Assembly (NCBI GenBank): GCA_944326725.1
Contig: CALVFA010000012.1
Location: 1,283 to 65,282, forward strand
DNA from: an uncultured Elusimicrobiales bacterium
GTDB taxonomy: Bacteria; Elusimicrobiota; Elusimicrobia; Elusimicrobiales; Elusimicrobiaceae
DNA length: 64,000 nt
Direction: 5' to 3'
Below the pieces are notes generated by a model. The model saw only the letters and a list, made by a program, of their open reading frames with translations. It did no database searches and had not been told where the DNA came from. This document shows positions 18,538-28,298 of this stretch, in pieces (within the stretch, counting starts at the first letter, position 1; each line of letters starts with the position of its first letter). Made by a program: the position numbers and the translations under genes.

Positions 18538-19230
18538 ATGAATACGGCAGACAGAATAAGCCAAAATGTGCAGACTGTAGAGAGCGCTCTGTCCCAGGCG
18601 TGTTTACGCTCCGGGCGCAATCCGGCAGAGGTAACACTGATGGCCGTTACCAAATATGCCCAAGACGAAGAAGTGCTTGCGCTGCTCAATACGGGCCGTA
18701 TAAGGCATATAGGCGAAAGCCGCGTACAACAAGCTTTAGCCCGTTGGACCCGCCCTGAATTTGCAAGCTACACCACGGTTAAACACTTCATCGGACATTT
18801 GCAAAGAAATAAAGCAGCCCAAGCTGCCAAACTGTTTGATTTTATTGATTCCATAGACGATATTCGCACCGCTCAGGCTTTAGACAGCCATGCCCAGAAG
18901 CTGGGCAAACGTTTGTATATAATGGTGCAAATCAAACTCACGGACAGGGAAAGCCAGTCCGGCGTTTCTTTGGAACAGGCGCCGCTTTTGCTGCGGCAAC
19001 TGCAAGATTTGAAAAGTTTATGTCCGTGCGGATATTTAGCTATCGCTCCGCAGACGGACAATCCGCAAACGCTGCGTCCGTTGTTTAAAGAAGTCAAAAC
19101 GGCGTTTGACCGGGATTTTCCGCTTTCTCTGCCGCAGAGATATTTATCTTTAGGCATGAGTGCAGATTTTGAAACGGCCGTGGAAGAAGGCTCCACGTTG
19201 CCTAGGGTAGGCAGCCGCTTGTTTGCCTGA
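18538..19230 (+). CDS. yggS: PLP homeostasis protein YggS
   Basis: LMAVTKY, GESRVQ, HFIGHLQRNK, LSLGMSADFETAVEEGST..RVGS. Confidence 0.95.
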   Translation: MNTADRISQNVQTVESALSQACLRSGRNPAEVTLMAVTKYAQDEEVLALLNTGRIRHIGESRVQQALARWTRPEFASYTTVKHFIGHLQRNKAAQAAKLFDFIDSIDDIRTAQALDSHAQKLGKRLYIMVQIKLTDRESQSGVSLEQAPLLLRQLQDLKSLCPCGYLAIAPQTDNPQTLRPLFKEVKTAFDRDFPLSLPQRYLSLGMSADFETAVEEGSTLPRVGSRLFA

Positions 19231-19244
19231 CATTTGGAGGAATT

Positions 19245-19511
19245 ATGATTATAAAGGTCCGCGTCATTCCCACTTCAGGGCGCAATGAAATCATCAGCCG
19301 CATTGGCAGCGTATTGCGGATGAAAATAAAAAATAAAAAAGTGGATGACGACCCTGCCAACGCCATTATGAAAACATTTTTGGCGGACTTCTTTGCCGTA
19401 AAGGAAGAGCAAATTATCATCGTTAAAGGAGCCAAAGGCAAAGAAAAAACGGTAGAAGTACGCGACAAGAGCGAAGAAGAACTCCGCAAAATCATGGATT
19501 CCATTCCGTAA
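19245..19511 (+). CDS. DUF167/YggU-family protein
   Basis: IKVRVIP..., AN, IIIVKGAKGKEK; typical position after yggS. Confidence 0.8.
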   Translation: MIIKVRVIPTSGRNEIISRIGSVLRMKIKNKKVDDDPANAIMKTFLADFFAVKEEQIIIVKGAKGKEKTVEVRDKSEEELRKIMDSIP

Positions 19512-19632
19512 TTCTTTCTCATTTCTCAAAAAGCCCGCTTAACCGCGGGCTTTTTTAATCTAGGTCTTCTTTTCTGCTTTCATAGGACCTTTGGCCCTCG
19601 TTTCTTCTTCTGATTTTACCTATAATAAACAT

Positions 19633-21207
19633 ATGAATTTAAAAAGTATGTTATGTATATCCTTTCTTTTTTTGATTTCAAGCGTGCTTTATGCCGCGCC
19701 ACACATTATTGACACGCAAAACGCTGATGCCAAACCCTATATTTCCGACTTAATTGTTACCCAACAGCCCATACGCTTTCAAATACTAAACTCTGCGCCA
19801 GAAACAGTACCTATTATTTCAAATGCTTTCGCCGCCTGGTTTAACAATGTGCTCTCCCGGTTGGATGAAAAGAAAGAGAAAGAATTGGCCCCGGTGTTGG
19901 ATTTTATCCGCTTTGGGGCAGATTCCAAAAATTATATTCTGAATGCAGAAAAACCGGATATATTTTTTCACATTAACAAATTAGATACTTGGACTTATTG
20001 TTCCAAGACTGCTTTAGGTTGTTTTAACCCCCGCTCCATGACTATTTATGCCATGGATAATGCCCATGGCATGCCAATTGGTTTTACTTTGCTCCATGAA
20101 ATCGGGCACGCTTTGCGTTTATCTGATTTATATCCAGAGGAATTCCAACCTAAAGATATTGAATACGGCAGCGGAAAACAAGAGTCTATTATGAACAAAG
20201 GAAGTGAGCTCACATGCGACGATGCAGACGCTATTGTTAATGCTTTATACATATCCGCCCGTAAAGCCAACATAGGAATTTCAGATTTACGTTTTACTTC
20301 TTTCTGCTCTAAAGACAGGATATTTCTCAATGGCAAACAATTAAACCGCGCCCCCGCCTATGTAGACTATAAAGGCAGCCGCACGGTATATACTTTCTGT
20401 CAGGATGGCTCCCCCCAAAATATTATCCGTATTACACCGACACGCCCGGATATACTTGTTTCCCATATACAGCCGCCGGTAAATTGTGAGTTTATAGCCG
20501 AACAGCCCGTAACGCCGGCCCCTGATAAAAAGGGTTCCTACCAAATCCAGGATTTTCAGACAAAAGAGATATTGGAAAAGCACGAACTTCCGGGGGCGGC
20601 TTTTTCCACCACTTATATGGTGCTGCCCGCAGGCGGCATCACTTTAGCTATACGCCGCGACAAGAACAATACGGAAGTGCCCGTCTATGCTTATCTGACA
20701 GACAGGGACGGCAGTCTCATTTATCTTTTTGCTTATTTAAATAATGGATACAATTTTATATATAATTTTGTGTTAAACGGACAAAAACAGTCCACAGAAG
20801 GCTATATATTTATTTATAACCGCCAACAGCCGGACCAATATTTTATTTTCAAAGATTATGCCAAATCAGAGGAATGCCACGGCACCGATCAGAATTGTGC
20901 CGTCATGCAAAATATTTTTCTGGACTATAGTATTCTCTTTTTAAGAAGACACGGCTTAAAAATGCCGGTATGGGGAGGGTTAGCTGCCCAAGACATCAAA
21001 AAGCACATTTCCAACGCCGCGGCATGGGAAAAGTTTTTATTGACCGATTATCCACCCTATTTCTACCGGGCTCCTTTAGTGAATAAAGATGTTTCCTACA
21101 AAATGCAGAGGCCGGCTTTAAAATCCGACATTACACAGCTGCTGGTGCAAGATTTAAAACAGCAGATCTCTTCCTGCAAACAAGCCGTCAGTTCCTCTAA
21201 GAGATAA
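19633..21207 (+). CDS. Secreted zinc metalloprotease-like protein (metzincin-type)
   Basis: Signal peptide, LLHEIGHALRLSDLY and downstream SIM Met-turn. Confidence 0.7.
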   Translation: MNLKSMLCISFLFLISSVLYAAPHIIDTQNADAKPYISDLIVTQQPIRFQILNSAPETVPIISNAFAAWFNNVLSRLDEKKEKELAPVLDFIRFGADSKNYILNAEKPDIFFHINKLDTWTYCSKTALGCFNPRSMTIYAMDNAHGMPIGFTLLHEIGHALRLSDLYPEEFQPKDIEYGSGKQESIMNKGSELTCDDADAIVNALYISARKANIGISDLRFTSFCSKDRIFLNGKQLNRAPAYVDYKGSRTVYTFCQDGSPQNIIRITPTRPDILVSHIQPPVNCEFIAEQPVTPAPDKKGSYQIQDFQTKEILEKHELPGAAFSTTYMVLPAGGITLAIRRDKNNTEVPVYAYLTDRDGSLIYLFAYLNNGYNFIYNFVLNGQKQSTEGYIFIYNRQQPDQYFIFKDYAKSEECHGTDQNCAVMQNIFLDYSILFLRRHGLKMPVWGGLAAQDIKKHISNAAAWEKFLLTDYPPYFYRAPLVNKDVSYKMQRPALKSDITQLLVQDLKQQISSCKQAVSSSKR

Positions 21208-21392
21208 TTCTCTTTGGATTTTTGAATAAATGCCGGAATTTGGCCCTTGCTGTACCTGCCATACCGCGGCTGTATTTAATGTGGCGCAAGAGGCACCTTT
21301 TGCTGATATAAAATTCTTAAAGCAGCCCATATTTCTCCCCAAAGAAAACCCCCGCGCCGTACAAAACGCGGGGGTTTCTTATATTCCAAAAG

Positions 21393-23144
21393 CTATTTCA
21401 GCAAATTGGACAAACTGCGGCTTTCCGCCTCTTCCTTCATTTTGGCTATCACGTCCGCCAGCGGCAGGCCGTTTAAATTCTTGCCGTCGCGCAGGCGCAC
21501 GGTAATGGTTTTATCCTGCGCTTCTTTGGCGCCGATAACCAATGTATACGGTACGCGCTGCATATGCGCTTCGCGGATTTTCAGGCCCAGTTTTTCCGGG
21601 CGAATATCCAGCTGCGGGCGCAAGCCGGCGGCGCGCATTTGTGCGGCCACTTCTTTGGCGTACGGAATTTGGTCGTCCGTCAGCGTCAGAATTTTGGCCT
21701 GTACCGGGGCCAGCCACAGCGGGAACCACCCGGCATAGTGCTCAATAATCACGCCCAAAAAGCGCTCAATGCTGCCAAACATCGCCCGGTGCACCATAAT
21801 GGGGCGCTTGCGCCCTTCGGGGGCCACATATTCCAGGTCAAAACGCTCCGGCAGGTTAAAGTCAAACTGAATGGTGGACAGCTGCCACAGGCGGCCAATG
21901 GCGTCCATTACTTTAATATCAATCTTCGGCCCGTAGAAAGCGGCTTCCCCCGCGTGGGTGGTGTAGGGGATATTATTGCTGTCTAGCACATGGCGCAGTG
22001 CGTTTTCGGCCCGGTCCCAGTCCTCTACCTTACCGGTAAAATGTTCGGGGTGCTGCGGGTCACGCGTGGAAAGCTCCACCGCGTATTTTTCAAAACCAAA
22101 TGTTTTGAAAATATGCATGGCAAAATCAAAGCACTGTTTTACTTCGTCTTCCACCTGCTCGGGCGTGCAGAAGATGTGTGCGTCGTCCTGCGTAAAGCCG
22201 CGCACGCGCAACAGCCCGTGCAAAGCGCCGGAGCGCTCGTAGCGGTAGACGGTGCCCAGCTCGGAATAGCGCAACGGCAAATCGCGGTAGCTGCGCAGGC
22301 CGGATTTATAAATTTCTACGTGGAAGGGGCAGTTCATCGGTTTTATTTGGTATTTATCGCCGTCCACTTCCATGGGGTGGAACATACTCTCAGAGTAAAA
22401 CCCGGCATGCCCGCTGATTTCAAATAAATGCAGGCGCGCAATATGCGGGCTGTAGACCATATCATAGCCGCGCTGGATATTTTCGTTCTTAATCCAGTCT
22501 TCCAGCACTTTGCGCAGCATGCCGCCTTTGGGGTGAGTCAAAATAAGACCGGGGCCGACATTGTCGTTAATGCTGAACAGGTCCAGCTCCGGGCCCAGTT
22601 TGCGGTGGTCGCGCTTGGCGGCTTCTTCCTGCTGTTTGACATAGGCGTTGAGCTCATCTTTGTCATTAAAGCTCAGGCCGTAAATGCGCTGCAGCATGGG
22701 GCGTTTTTCGTCCCCGCGCCAATACGCGCCGGCAATGGCGGAGAGTTTAAAATTGTTAATTTTGCCCGTGTGTTCCACGTGCGGGCCGCGGCACAAATCC
22801 ACAAAATCCCCGGTGGTATAGATGGTGATTTCCCCGTCGTTTAAATCTTCCAACAGCTCCAGCTTATAGGTTTCGCCGCGTTTTTCAAACAAGGCCTTGG
22901 CTTCTGCTTTACTCATCTGCTTGCATTCAAAGGGAATGCGGGCTTTGATGAGCTCTTTCATTTTAGTTTCAATCGTCTTTAAATCTTCCGGCGTGAACGC
23001 GCGGGGGCAGTCAAAATCGTAATAAAAGCCGTTATCCACGGCGGGGCCGATGCCGAGCTTGGTGCCCGGAAACAGCTGCTGTACGGCGGCGGCCATAATA
23101 TGGGCGCAAGAGTGCCGCTTGGTTTGAAGTTCTGTATTTTCCAT
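21393..23144 (-). CDS. thrS: Threonine--tRNA ligase (short form without N-terminal TGS domain)
   Basis: RHSCAH, DLCRGPH, RDHRKLG, KPMNCP, RVRGFTQDDAH, GEAAFYGPKID. Confidence 0.97.
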   Translation of the reverse strand: MENTELQTKRHSCAHIMAAAVQQLFPGTKLGIGPAVDNGFYYDFDCPRAFTPEDLKTIETKMKELIKARIPFECKQMSKAEAKALFEKRGETYKLELLEDLNDGEITIYTTGDFVDLCRGPHVEHTGKINNFKLSAIAGAYWRGDEKRPMLQRIYGLSFNDKDELNAYVKQQEEAAKRDHRKLGPELDLFSINDNVGPGLILTHPKGGMLRKVLEDWIKNENIQRGYDMVYSPHIARLHLFEISGHAGFYSESMFHPMEVDGDKYQIKPMNCPFHVEIYKSGLRSYRDLPLRYSELGTVYRYERSGALHGLLRVRGFTQDDAHIFCTPEQVEDEVKQCFDFAMHIFKTFGFEKYAVELSTRDPQHPEHFTGKVEDWDRAENALRHVLDSNNIPYTTHAGEAAFYGPKIDIKVMDAIGRLWQLSTIQFDFNLPERFDLEYVAPEGRKRPIMVHRAMFGSIERFLGVIIEHYAGWFPLWLAPVQAKILTLTDDQIPYAKEVAAQMRAAGLRPQLDIRPEKLGLKIREAHMQRVPYTLVIGAKEAQDKTITVRLRDGKNLNGLPLADVIAKMKEEAESRSLSNLLK

Positions 23145-23225
23145 AAGTATCCTTCAGCGGGAATACCGCTTAAATTTATATAATAAGTATATCAAATTAC
23201 AGGCTATGCCTGCCGGGCACCCAAG

Positions 23226-24965
23226 ATGAATTTTCTACGCGATTTATACCATACATGCAAGACCAATTACAAACTGCTTTTACTGGCTTCTCTGCCGGCG
23301 CTGGCTTTGACGGCATTTGGGCTGCACCAGCTGGAAGTAGCGGCCCCGGGGGCATGGGCGGCGGCTATGGCTATGCGCCTGTTGGTGGAATTTTGTTTTT
23401 TAGGGGCGTGTTTGGCCCTGCTGAACCTAATAGGCATAAAAAACAAATGGGTGCTGGCGCTGTTTCTTTATGTTTATTATTTGGCCTGTACGGCGGATTT
23501 GGTGCTGTTGTGGTATTTTAAAGAACGCTTTGGCGCCAAATACTTAGAAACCATGGAAGGCGGCGACTATGCTTTCTTGACCGATTGGCGCGTGATCTCT
23601 TACCTGCTCCTGTTTTTGCTCTTTTGTATTTTTTCCGTACGCCGCTTTTTTGTGCCGCGCGCGCGCAAAACCGCCGCCAAACAACTGGGGGGATTTGTCG
23701 TCGTCTTGTTAGTGCTCAGCTGGCTCAACCCGCTCACGCTTTTGCCCAAACCGTACGACTTTTTAACAACCTACATGATGCCCCCCTCCCCCGTTTACAT
23801 GCTGCGTGCTCTCTTGGCCCGGCCCCAGCAGGCCCTCATTACGGACAGCTTGCCCGCCCCGCTTGCAGACACCGCACAAAAATACAATGTCTTTACCGCC
23901 CGCAACACGGGCATTGGCAAAGACTATAAACGGGTCATTTTAATTGCCACAGAGTCCCTCTCTGCCAAATACATGCACCGCTTTAACCCGCTTATCCCCG
24001 CCGATGCCAGCCAGACCTATGACCAAATTTTTGAAGAATATCCTGCTGACACGCTGCATTCAGTCACGCTTTCTACGCTTTATGGGCTGACGGTTATTTT
24101 TTCCTCCCACCCCAACGCCAAATTAAATTATGAAAACGGCTACCCCCTTTCTTTTGTCAAAGAGCTCAAGAGACACGGCTTTCACACCGCTTTTCTGCGC
24201 GGCGCCAACGAAAATTATATGGACGAAAACCTGCTTTTCCACCAAGCGGGCTTTGACATGGTGCGCGGAAGCAGTTTTTTCTCCGATTTGCCCGATTACG
24301 CGCCCTATATTGACTGGTGGGGTCTGACGGACCGCAAGCTCTTTGAATACACCGCCCAATACCTGCAAGAACACCAAGGCGAAAAAACCTTTATTACCCT
24401 GCTGACGGTGGACACCCATGTACCGCTGGGCCGATTAGATTACTTGGACCACCAATACGAAGAAATTGACGCCCGCTTTTATGACATGCCCACCATGCCC
24501 CGCGCTTATGCGCGCGCCGGGCAGGACTTGCGCTATTTTCTGCAACTGTTGGATAAAAAGGGCCTGCTGGACCAAGATACGCTGGTGCTGGTTACCGGGG
24601 ACCACCCGTCCTTTTCCAACACGCCCACCAACGCCCTTTTTAAACCTTATAAACCGGTGTTTGACCGCATTCCTTTTGCCATTATTACCCGCACCCCGCT
24701 GGGCAAGCCACTGGCGCAGGAAGAGCTGGTCAGCCAGTTAGACATTGCCCCCACCGTAATGGATTTGCTCAACCTGCCGCAGCCCAAAGGTTTTTTTGGT
24801 CACAGCTTGTTTGACTTGGAAGAGCAGAGAAGTATTTTTGACGTCAAAGAAGATTATGTGGTAGTCCATACCGCCCAAAACCGGCAATTTATACCTCTTA
24901 ACTCCACCCAACCGGCCGATCGGCCCGTGTTAGATCTGGTGCGCACTTTTTGGACGGATAAATAA
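23226..24965 (+). CDS. LTA-synthase/sulfatase-like membrane protein
   Basis: 5 N-terminal TM segments, ATESL, LTVDTH, VTGDH, SQLDIAPT. Confidence 0.85.
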   Translation: MNFLRDLYHTCKTNYKLLLLASLPALALTAFGLHQLEVAAPGAWAAAMAMRLLVEFCFLGACLALLNLIGIKNKWVLALFLYVYYLACTADLVLLWYFKERFGAKYLETMEGGDYAFLTDWRVISYLLLFLLFCIFSVRRFFVPRARKTAAKQLGGFVVVLLVLSWLNPLTLLPKPYDFLTTYMMPPSPVYMLRALLARPQQALITDSLPAPLADTAQKYNVFTARNTGIGKDYKRVILIATESLSAKYMHRFNPLIPADASQTYDQIFEEYPADTLHSVTLSTLYGLTVIFSSHPNAKLNYENGYPLSFVKELKRHGFHTAFLRGANENYMDENLLFHQAGFDMVRGSSFFSDLPDYAPYIDWWGLTDRKLFEYTAQYLQEHQGEKTFITLLTVDTHVPLGRLDYLDHQYEEIDARFYDMPTMPRAYARAGQDLRYFLQLLDKKGLLDQDTLVLVTGDHPSFSNTPTNALFKPYKPVFDRIPFAIITRTPLGKPLAQEELVSQLDIAPTVMDLLNLPQPKGFFGHSLFDLEEQRSIFDVKEDYVVVHTAQNRQFIPLNSTQPADRPVLDLVRTFWTDK

Positions 24966-25191
24966 TGTCTTATACCCGCGCCTCATACGGGGCCCGGCTC
25001 CGCTCCCTCTTTTCAACCCAACGCTCAGCCCCACCGGAAGCTTTCTAGAGCGCAAAACGCCGCGTTTTCCGCGGCGTTTTAGTTTTGTTTGATATATTTT
25101 TGACTGGCAGTATGGCTTGTACTGTCTCTCCTTTTCCCCATGCGGCACACACAGCTCAAGCAGCATAACGTTTTTCACTAGGGCTAGGCCT

Positions 25192-25731
25192 TTAGTACAT
25201 CGGGTAGCGGCAGCCTACACTGCCGCAGGAATCCGGTTCCCGCCCGGATACCGCCCGGCAGATTTTATTGGCTAACTCCCGCTTACTTTCATCTCCGGAC
25301 TCCACATTGCAATAATGTTTCCCCTCTACAGATTTATTAGTATAGGGAAACCACAAATAATATACTCCCGGCAGTTTGCCAGGCATTTGGAAACGAACAT
25401 GATCTATAGGGACAACATTACCTCCCCCTACTACAATAATCTGTAAACTAGACGTTTGCGGTCTGCCAATATCCAGTTCATCTAAACTGGTGGCTTGTGT
25501 ACCCGTCTCCATATAATAGCGCTCAAAGCTGCGCATAATGGGCTGGGCCGCGGCTTGCAGCTGGGTAAAGCGGGCCTTATACACCGCCATGCGATACTGC
25601 GGGTATGACACCACCGCAAAAATGCCTATAATCAGCACCACCACCAAAAGCCCCACAAGCGTAAAGCCGCTTATTTTGCCTTTAATGAGGTTTTTTCCGT
25701 CGGGAATGATTTTTTGATAAATTTTGTTCAT
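25192..25731 (-). CDS. PilE-like type IV pilin (pilin 2), Gly at position 5
   Basis: G|FTLVGLLVVVLIIGIFAVVSYPQYRMAV; ATG at 25731. Confidence 0.88.
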   Translation of the reverse strand: MNKIYQKIIPDGKNLIKGKISGFTLVGLLVVVLIIGIFAVVSYPQYRMAVYKARFTQLQAAAQPIMRSFERYYMETGTQATSLDELDIGRPQTSSLQIIVVGGGNVVPIDHVRFQMPGKLPGVYYLWFPYTNKSVEGKHYCNVESGDESKRELANKICRAVSGREPDSCGSVGCRYPMY

Positions 25732-25764
25732 AAACAAAATCTATCAAAAAAAAAAACAATGCAA
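25710..25764 (-). promoter_or_regulatory. Pilin 2 poly-T spacer promoter (T11, 15-bp spacer) with 19-bp palindrome
   Basis: TTGCAT-tg-T11-ga-TAGATT; inverted repeat 25710-25728/25733-25751 with one mismatch. Confidence 0.75.
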
Positions 25765-25843
25765 GGCTTTTACAATACAAACAGGCTCTCTGACTAAAAA
25801 CATCTATCAGAGAGTCTGTTTGTATTTATATCAACGTACAAAA

Positions 25844-26419
25844 TTACTTTTCCAACACCCATTTTTCTCCGTCTATTTCCTGTCCTCCCAATGATTTACA
25901 AATGCGCGCGGCAAAAGCTTCTGAGCCATAAGCCATGCCGTCATTGCGGCATACGATAGAAGCCATTCCATTTTTTCTCCCTTCGGAAAAACGAAAGGCA
26001 AATAAATATTTCCGCGAATTATCTACATTCTGTCTATAGGCATACACAGACATAGCTTCCGTGCCGTATCTCCAATTAGGATTATCCAAATCTACTTGCA
26101 CATCTAATTTGCTTAAATCATCAGCATAAGAACCATTAGCCAGGAAATAAACTTCCTGAGCCTCACGCAATGCTTTTAATACGATCAGCGGCTCAGCGGA
26201 GCGGCTTTTTTCTACAGCCAGCTCATATTGGGGCAATGCAATGGCCGCCAAAATGCCTATAATCAGCACCACCACCAAAAGTTCTATAAGCGTAAAACCG
26301 CCGCAAACAACCAAACGGAAATGGCTTTTGGCAGGCAAAGACCTGCCCAAAAACCGCGTTAAAATGCCGCCAGAGAGGTTTTGGGCAGCCGGAATGATTT
26401 TTTGATACATTTTGCACAT
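25844..26419 (-). CDS. PilE-like type IV pilin (pilin 3), long leader
   Basis: G|FTLIELLVVVLIIGILAAIALPQYELAV, QEVYFLANGSY; ATG at 26419. Confidence 0.92.
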   Translation of the reverse strand: MCKMYQKIIPAAQNLSGGILTRFLGRSLPAKSHFRLVVCGGFTLIELLVVVLIIGILAAIALPQYELAVEKSRSAEPLIVLKALREAQEVYFLANGSYADDLSKLDVQVDLDNPNWRYGTEAMSVYAYRQNVDNSRKYLFAFRFSEGRKNGMASIVCRNDGMAYGSEAFAARICKSLGGQEIDGEKWVLEK

Positions 26420-26453
26420 AGGCAAAATGTATCAAAAAAAAAAAACAATGCAA
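26398..26453 (-). promoter_or_regulatory. Pilin 3 poly-T spacer promoter (T12, 16-bp spacer) with 18-bp palindrome
   Basis: TTGCAT-tg-T12-ga-TACATT; inverted repeat 26398-26415/26422-26439. Confidence 0.75.
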
Positions 26454-26574
26454 GCCGTTTTATCTTTTCCAGCCCACAAAACCTCCGCCGCTTTTTTCCA
26501 CTCTCTACCCCACGTCCAAATATGCTAAAATCTTTAGGTATCTGTATACATATTTCTATATTTATGGAGGCAGC

Positions 26575-26883
26575 ATGAATACAGCACAAGCCGGCAGCGG
26601 CAACCTGTTCTTTATGCTCATGATTATTATTATCATGGTCATGATTTTCTGGTCCGGCCGCGGGCAGAAAAAACGCGAGTTGGAAAGACAGGCCAAAGTG
26701 GACGCTTTACAAAAAGGGGACGAAATCGTCCTGCCGGGTGGCGTCGTCGGCACAGTGGTGGGGTTTAAAGACAACGCCGTAGAAGTCAAAGTGGCCGAAA
26801 ATGTCAAACTAACCGTTTTAAAATCGGGCATTGTAGGGTTCCTGACCAATGCAACGCCTGCAAATAAAGGAGGAGCCAAATAA
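26575..26883 (+). CDS. yajC: Preprotein translocase subunit YajC
   Basis: N-terminal TM, LQKGDEIVLPGGVVG; upstream of secD. Confidence 0.93.
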   Translation: MNTAQAGSGNLFFMLMIIIIMVMIFWSGRGQKKRELERQAKVDALQKGDEIVLPGGVVGTVVGFKDNAVEVKVAENVKLTVLKSGIVGFLTNATPANKGGAK

Positions 26884-28298
26884 TGTCCAAATCGCTGGCC
26901 ATTAAATGGATTGTCATCATTGTTATTTTGTTGGGATCGATGGCCTTAATTTATCCCAACTACCGCTGGTATTCCAAACCGAATGCCGAACGCGAAAAGC
27001 TGGAAGCTCTGGGCGAACGCCCGCAGCGCATTCTTAACCTGGGGTTGGACTTGCGCGGCGGCAGCAGCCTGCTTTTGGAGCTTGACGTGAGCAAACTCAG
27101 CGACCGCGAACCGCTTAACGAAGCCATGGCGCGCGCCATTGAAATCATCCGCAACCGCATTGACCAATACGGCGTGGGTGAAACGTCCATTACCCGCCAG
27201 GGTGAAAAATGGATTTTGGTGCAGCTGCCCGGCGTGGCCAACCCGGCCGCGGCGGAAGCATTAATCGGCAAGACGGCTATGTTGGAATTCCACATCGTCA
27301 AAAACGATACCACCGCCGCAGAGAAGGCCATCGCCAAGCTGGAAAGCATGGATGAGCCTTACGACCAAGACGGCGCATTAAAACCCGAAATTGCCAAACT
27401 TTTGCCGGAAGGGTACACCATTTTCCGCACCAAAGACGGCGGCTACAATGTGGTAGATAAAGTAGCCAAAGTCACCGGGGCCGATTTGGACGACGCCCAC
27501 CTGACCATGTACGGCGAAAACGGCTACCCCGAAGTGGCTTTCTCTTTTAATGCCGAAGGGGCCAAAAAGTTCGGACAGCTGACCGGCTCCAACATCGGCA
27601 AACAGCTGGCTATCGTGCTGGACAACACCATTCAGTCCGCCCCGGTAGTGCAGAGCCGCATCACCAAAGAAGGCCGCATCTCCGGTACATTTACGCTGGA
27701 AGAAGCGCGCCAGCTGACCATTGTGCTTAAAGCCGGCGCCCTGCCCGCCCCGGTGCGCATTATTGAAAAACGCACCATCGGGCCCACGCTGGGTGAAGAC
27801 TCCATCAAATCCGGTTTAGGCGCCTCTTTGTATGCGTTGCTGGCTATTTTGCTGTTTATGATTATCTACTACAAATGGGCCGGCTTTATCGCCGATACGG
27901 CACTGGTATTAAACCTAGTCCTTTTGTTGGCGGTTATGAGCTATTTCTCCGCTACGTTGACGGTGCCCGGCATTGCCGGTATCATCTTGTCTTTGGCTAT
28001 GGCCATTGACGCCAACGTACTGATTATTGAACGTATGAGAGAAGAAAAACTCTTGGGCAAACCCATACCCACTATTATTCAGCTGGGGTATGACAAAGCC
28101 TGGTCTGCCATTTTTGACTCCAACATCACGACCATTATCGTGGGTTGCTGTCTGCTGCAGTTTGGCACCGGCCCGGTAAAAGGCTTTGCCGTTACGCTTA
28201 TTATTGGTTTGACCGTCAGCTTGTTCACGGCCGTGTTTGTCACGCGTGCCATGTATGAGATGATTCTTACGTCTAACCCCAAGGAGATCAGCTTATGA
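26883..28298 (+). CDS. secD: Protein translocase subunit SecD
   Basis: LGLDLRGG, IRNRIDQYGV, GALPAP, IGPTLG, AIDANVLIIER, DSNITT. Confidence 0.97.
   Translation: MSKSLAIKWIVIIVILLGSMALIYPNYRWYSKPNAEREKLEALGERPQRILNLGLDLRGGSSLLLELDVSKLSDREPLNEAMARAIEIIRNRIDQYGVGETSITRQGEKWILVQLPGVANPAAAEALIGKTAMLEFHIVKNDTTAAEKAIAKLESMDEPYDQDGALKPEIAKLLPEGYTIFRTKDGGYNVVDKVAKVTGADLDDAHLTMYGENGYPEVAFSFNAEGAKKFGQLTGSNIGKQLAIVLDNTIQSAPVVQSRITKEGRISGTFTLEEARQLTIVLKAGALPAPVRIIEKRTIGPTLGEDSIKSGLGASLYALLAILLFMIIYYKWAGFIADTALVLNLVLLLAVMSYFSATLTVPGIAGIILSLAMAIDANVLIIERMREEKLLGKPIPTIIQLGYDKAWSAIFDSNITTIIVGCCLLQFGTGPVKGFAVTLIIGLTVSLFTAVFVTRAMYEMILTSNPKEISL

Noticed and set aside
21393-23144. ThrS lacking the N-terminal TGS domain as a novelty
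   Set aside because: Short ThrRS forms are common in several bacterial lineages.
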